64,000 nucleotides of DNA. It comes from an uncultured delta proteobacterium. Its GTDB lineage: Bacteria > Desulfobacterota > Binatia > UBA9968. A program made the position numbers and the translations under genes. Location of the stretch: positions 96,001 through 160,000 of the forward strand of contig CAVUVW010000013.1 of the NCBI GenBank assembly GCA_963745035.1, given 5' to 3'. This document shows, one piece after another, positions 62,118-64,000 of the stretch. Below the pieces are notes generated by a model. The model saw only the letters and a program-made list of their open reading frames with translations, made no database searches and was not told where the DNA came from. The stretch's first letter is position 1; each line of letters opens with the position of its first letter.

Positions 62118-62203
62118 CGTTCAACGGTTCAAACGTTCAATGGTTCAAGGTCCTGCAGTTTCCGGATTCAGTCGTTGAACTTTTAAACTTTTGAACCTTG
62201 AAC
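62118..62203. repeat. Palindromic element of GTTCAA-based units overlapping the 3' end of the molybdopterin subunit gene
   Basis: CGTTCAACGGTTCAAACGTTCAATGGTTCAAGG ... TTGAACTTTTAAACTTTTGAACCTTGAAC. Confidence 0.7.
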
Positions 62204-64000
62204 TTTTTTCTCTTTAAGCGCGCGCCACACGCGCTCCGGTGTAAGCGGCGCCTGGCGGATGCGCACGCCGACGGCGCGGTCGACGGCGTTGGCGATGTTG
62301 GCGGCCATGGAGTTCAATGACGCTTCGCCGCCGCCTTTGGCACCGTAGGGACCGACACCGTCCTGGTTTTGCACGAGATGAAGCTCTACTTGCTTGGGCA
62401 AGTCGGAAAACCGCGGCAGGCGGTAATCAAGAATCGAACCATTCATTAACTGCGAGCCATCGTACACGAGCTCTTCAAAAAGACCGATGCCCATGCCCAT
62501 CGTTGCGGCGCCGATATCCTGGCCTTCGGCCAGCGCCGGGTTAATCGCGAGGCCTACGTCACCGACAGTGGAAAGCTTTTCCATGGTGATTTTTCCGGTT
62601 TCTTCATCCACGGAAATTTCGCAGCCCGTGGCTGCAGCTTCCCAAAAAACCGGCAGCGCGGCGAACTTGCCGGATTTTCTTATATAGGACCGGCCGATCA
62701 CCTCGCCGTCGGGCAGCGCATAAAATTTACTAATCACCTGAGACCAATTGAGCTGGACCTCGCCGCAGCGCACACCGCCGCGCACGGTTTGAATGTCTTC
62801 GACCTTGACTTTCAGCACGTCGGCCGCCATGACGACCATTTGCTGGATGGCCTCCTGGCTCGCTTCCAACACCGCGCTGCCCATTAGTGTCGTCGTGCGG
62901 CTGGCGCCGGTAGAGCGATCGTAAGGGGTAATCGCGGTGTCGGAAGAAACCACGTTGACACTCTCGTACGGAACTCCCAGCGCTTCCGCCGCGATCTGCG
63001 GCAATACCGTGTGGCTTCCCTGTCCCAATTCCGTGCTGCCGGTCATGATCGTGACGGAGCCGTCGGCGTGAACGCGCACTGCGGTCGAGGTAAGCGGATA
63101 GGCGCCGGCATCGCTGCCGGACACGGCAACGGTGCGGCCATGCCCCTTGGGCAAAGGCGTTCCCCACCCGACAGCTTTCGCGGCGGTATCCAAGTCTTGT
63201 TTGAGCGTGCCGTCAAAAGGCCGCATGCCGGGGAAAAATTCCTCTCCAGGCTTGGCCGCATTGGCCAAACGAAATTCATAAGGATCTTTGCCGATCTTTG
63301 CCGCCAGCTCATCGATCTGCGATTCACCCGGCAAGGTGACCTGGGCGCAGCCGAAACCGCGGTAGGAACTGGCGGGCACGGTATTGGTGTAGAGAGACGA
63401 ATTTTCGATCAGGACGTTGGGTATCGCGTAGGGTCCGACACAACGGTTGGTAGATTTCTCTACCACTAGCGGGCTGTTCTCAGCGTAGGCGCCCGTGTTC
63501 ATGACGATCTTCGCCTGGCGGGCGATGATCTTGCCGTCCTTGTCCGCAGCCGTGCGCATCCAGGTGTAGGCATCGTCGCTGCGCGTCGTGAGCATCGCTT
63601 CTTCGACGGTGAGCTGCAGCTTCACCGGCCGTTTGGCTTTCCAGGAGCAGGCCGCGGTCAACGGCTCGACTTTCGTGTACGACTTGCTGCCGTAACCACC
63701 GCCGACAAAGGGGACGATCAGACGCACTTTGCTCACCGGTAGATTGAAAATGGATTTCAAATCGTGGCGCACCATAAAAGGATGCTGCGCCGATGAATAA
63801 ATCGTCACGCCTTGGTCACTGACATCGGCGACCGATACATAAGGCTCCATCGCGTAGGCGTAGGTCATGGGAAAATAATAATTGCCCTCGACGACCGAAG
63901 CAGCTTCCTTGAACGCTTTCTCGACATCACCCCACTGTATTTTGTGAGTTTGGCATATATTCGTTCCCTTGCCCGCGGTCACTTCTCCCTCGAAGCCGCG
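62183..64000 (-). CDS. Xanthine dehydrogenase family molybdopterin-binding subunit (5' end outside the window)
   Basis: VGGGYGSK, SYRGFG, ELGQGSHT...QIAAEALG, GASRTT, GPYGAKG.GE, PLTPERV. Confidence 0.9.
   Translation of the reverse strand, partial: RGFEGEVTAGKGTNICQTHKIQWGDVEKAFKEAASVVEGNYYFPMTYAYAMEPYVSVADVSDQGVTIYSSAQHPFMVRHDLKSIFNLPVSKVRLIVPFVGGGYGSKSYTKVEPLTAACSWKAKRPVKLQLTVEEAMLTTRSDDAYTWMRTAADKDGKIIARQAKIVMNTGAYAENSPLVVEKSTNRCVGPYAIPNVLIENSSLYTNTVPASSYRGFGCAQVTLPGESQIDELAAKIGKDPYEFRLANAAKPGEEFFPGMRPFDGTLKQDLDTAAKAVGWGTPLPKGHGRTVAVSGSDAGAYPLTSTAVRVHADGSVTIMTGSTELGQGSHTVLPQIAAEALGVPYESVNVVSSDTAITPYDRSTGASRTTTLMGSAVLEASQEAIQQMVVMAADVLKVKVEDIQTVRGGVRCGEVQLNWSQVISKFYALPDGEVIGRSYIRKSGKFAALPVFWEAAATGCEISVDEETGKITMEKLSTVGDVGLAINPALAEGQDIGAATMGMGIGLFEELVYDGSQLMNGSILDYRLPRFSDLPKQVELHLVQNQDGVGPYGAKGGGEASLNSMAANIANAVDRAVGVRIRQAPLTPERVWRALKEKKVQGSKV

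Overview
GC-rich bacterial chromosomal window, densely coding and mostly metabolic or housekeeping. No rRNA, tRNA, CRISPR array, transposase or prophage was recognised. The gene mix (F420 biosynthesis, several amidohydrolases, orphan NMT1/SsuA-type binding proteins, family III CoA-transferases, short tandem-unit palindromes at gene ends) suggests Candidatus Binatia or a similar deltaproteobacteria-like soil lineage; this is inference only. Many conserved genes (recD2, clpB, dinB, hemE/H/Y, addA) are broken by single-base indels, mostly extra bases, which I read as long-read assembly errors and not pseudogenes. Main content: cofG-cofD-cofC, recD2, hisC, clpB, MFS pair, dinB-hemE-hemH-hemY, a trehalose/maltose-type ABC operon, a CoA-transferase pair with MmgE/PrpD, S1/P1 nuclease, MetE-like enzyme, selO, rnhA, addBA, GST, gloA and a xanthine-dehydrogenase-family pair. 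Most notable: (1) selO has an in-frame TGA at the position of its conserved C-terminal Cys (YRTF-TGA-GT-stop) followed by a SECIS-like hairpin, so it is a candidate bacterial selenocysteine SelO; (2) a putative sigma54-driven unit of a long coiled-coil protein plus two atypical KaiC-like ATPase domains with no kaiA/kaiB in the window; (3) a stand-alone minimal secretin-like protein; (4) an uncalled 53-aa basic ORF coupled to clpB; (5) an apparent CofG-CofD fusion that is probably created by one inserted base inside a repeat.
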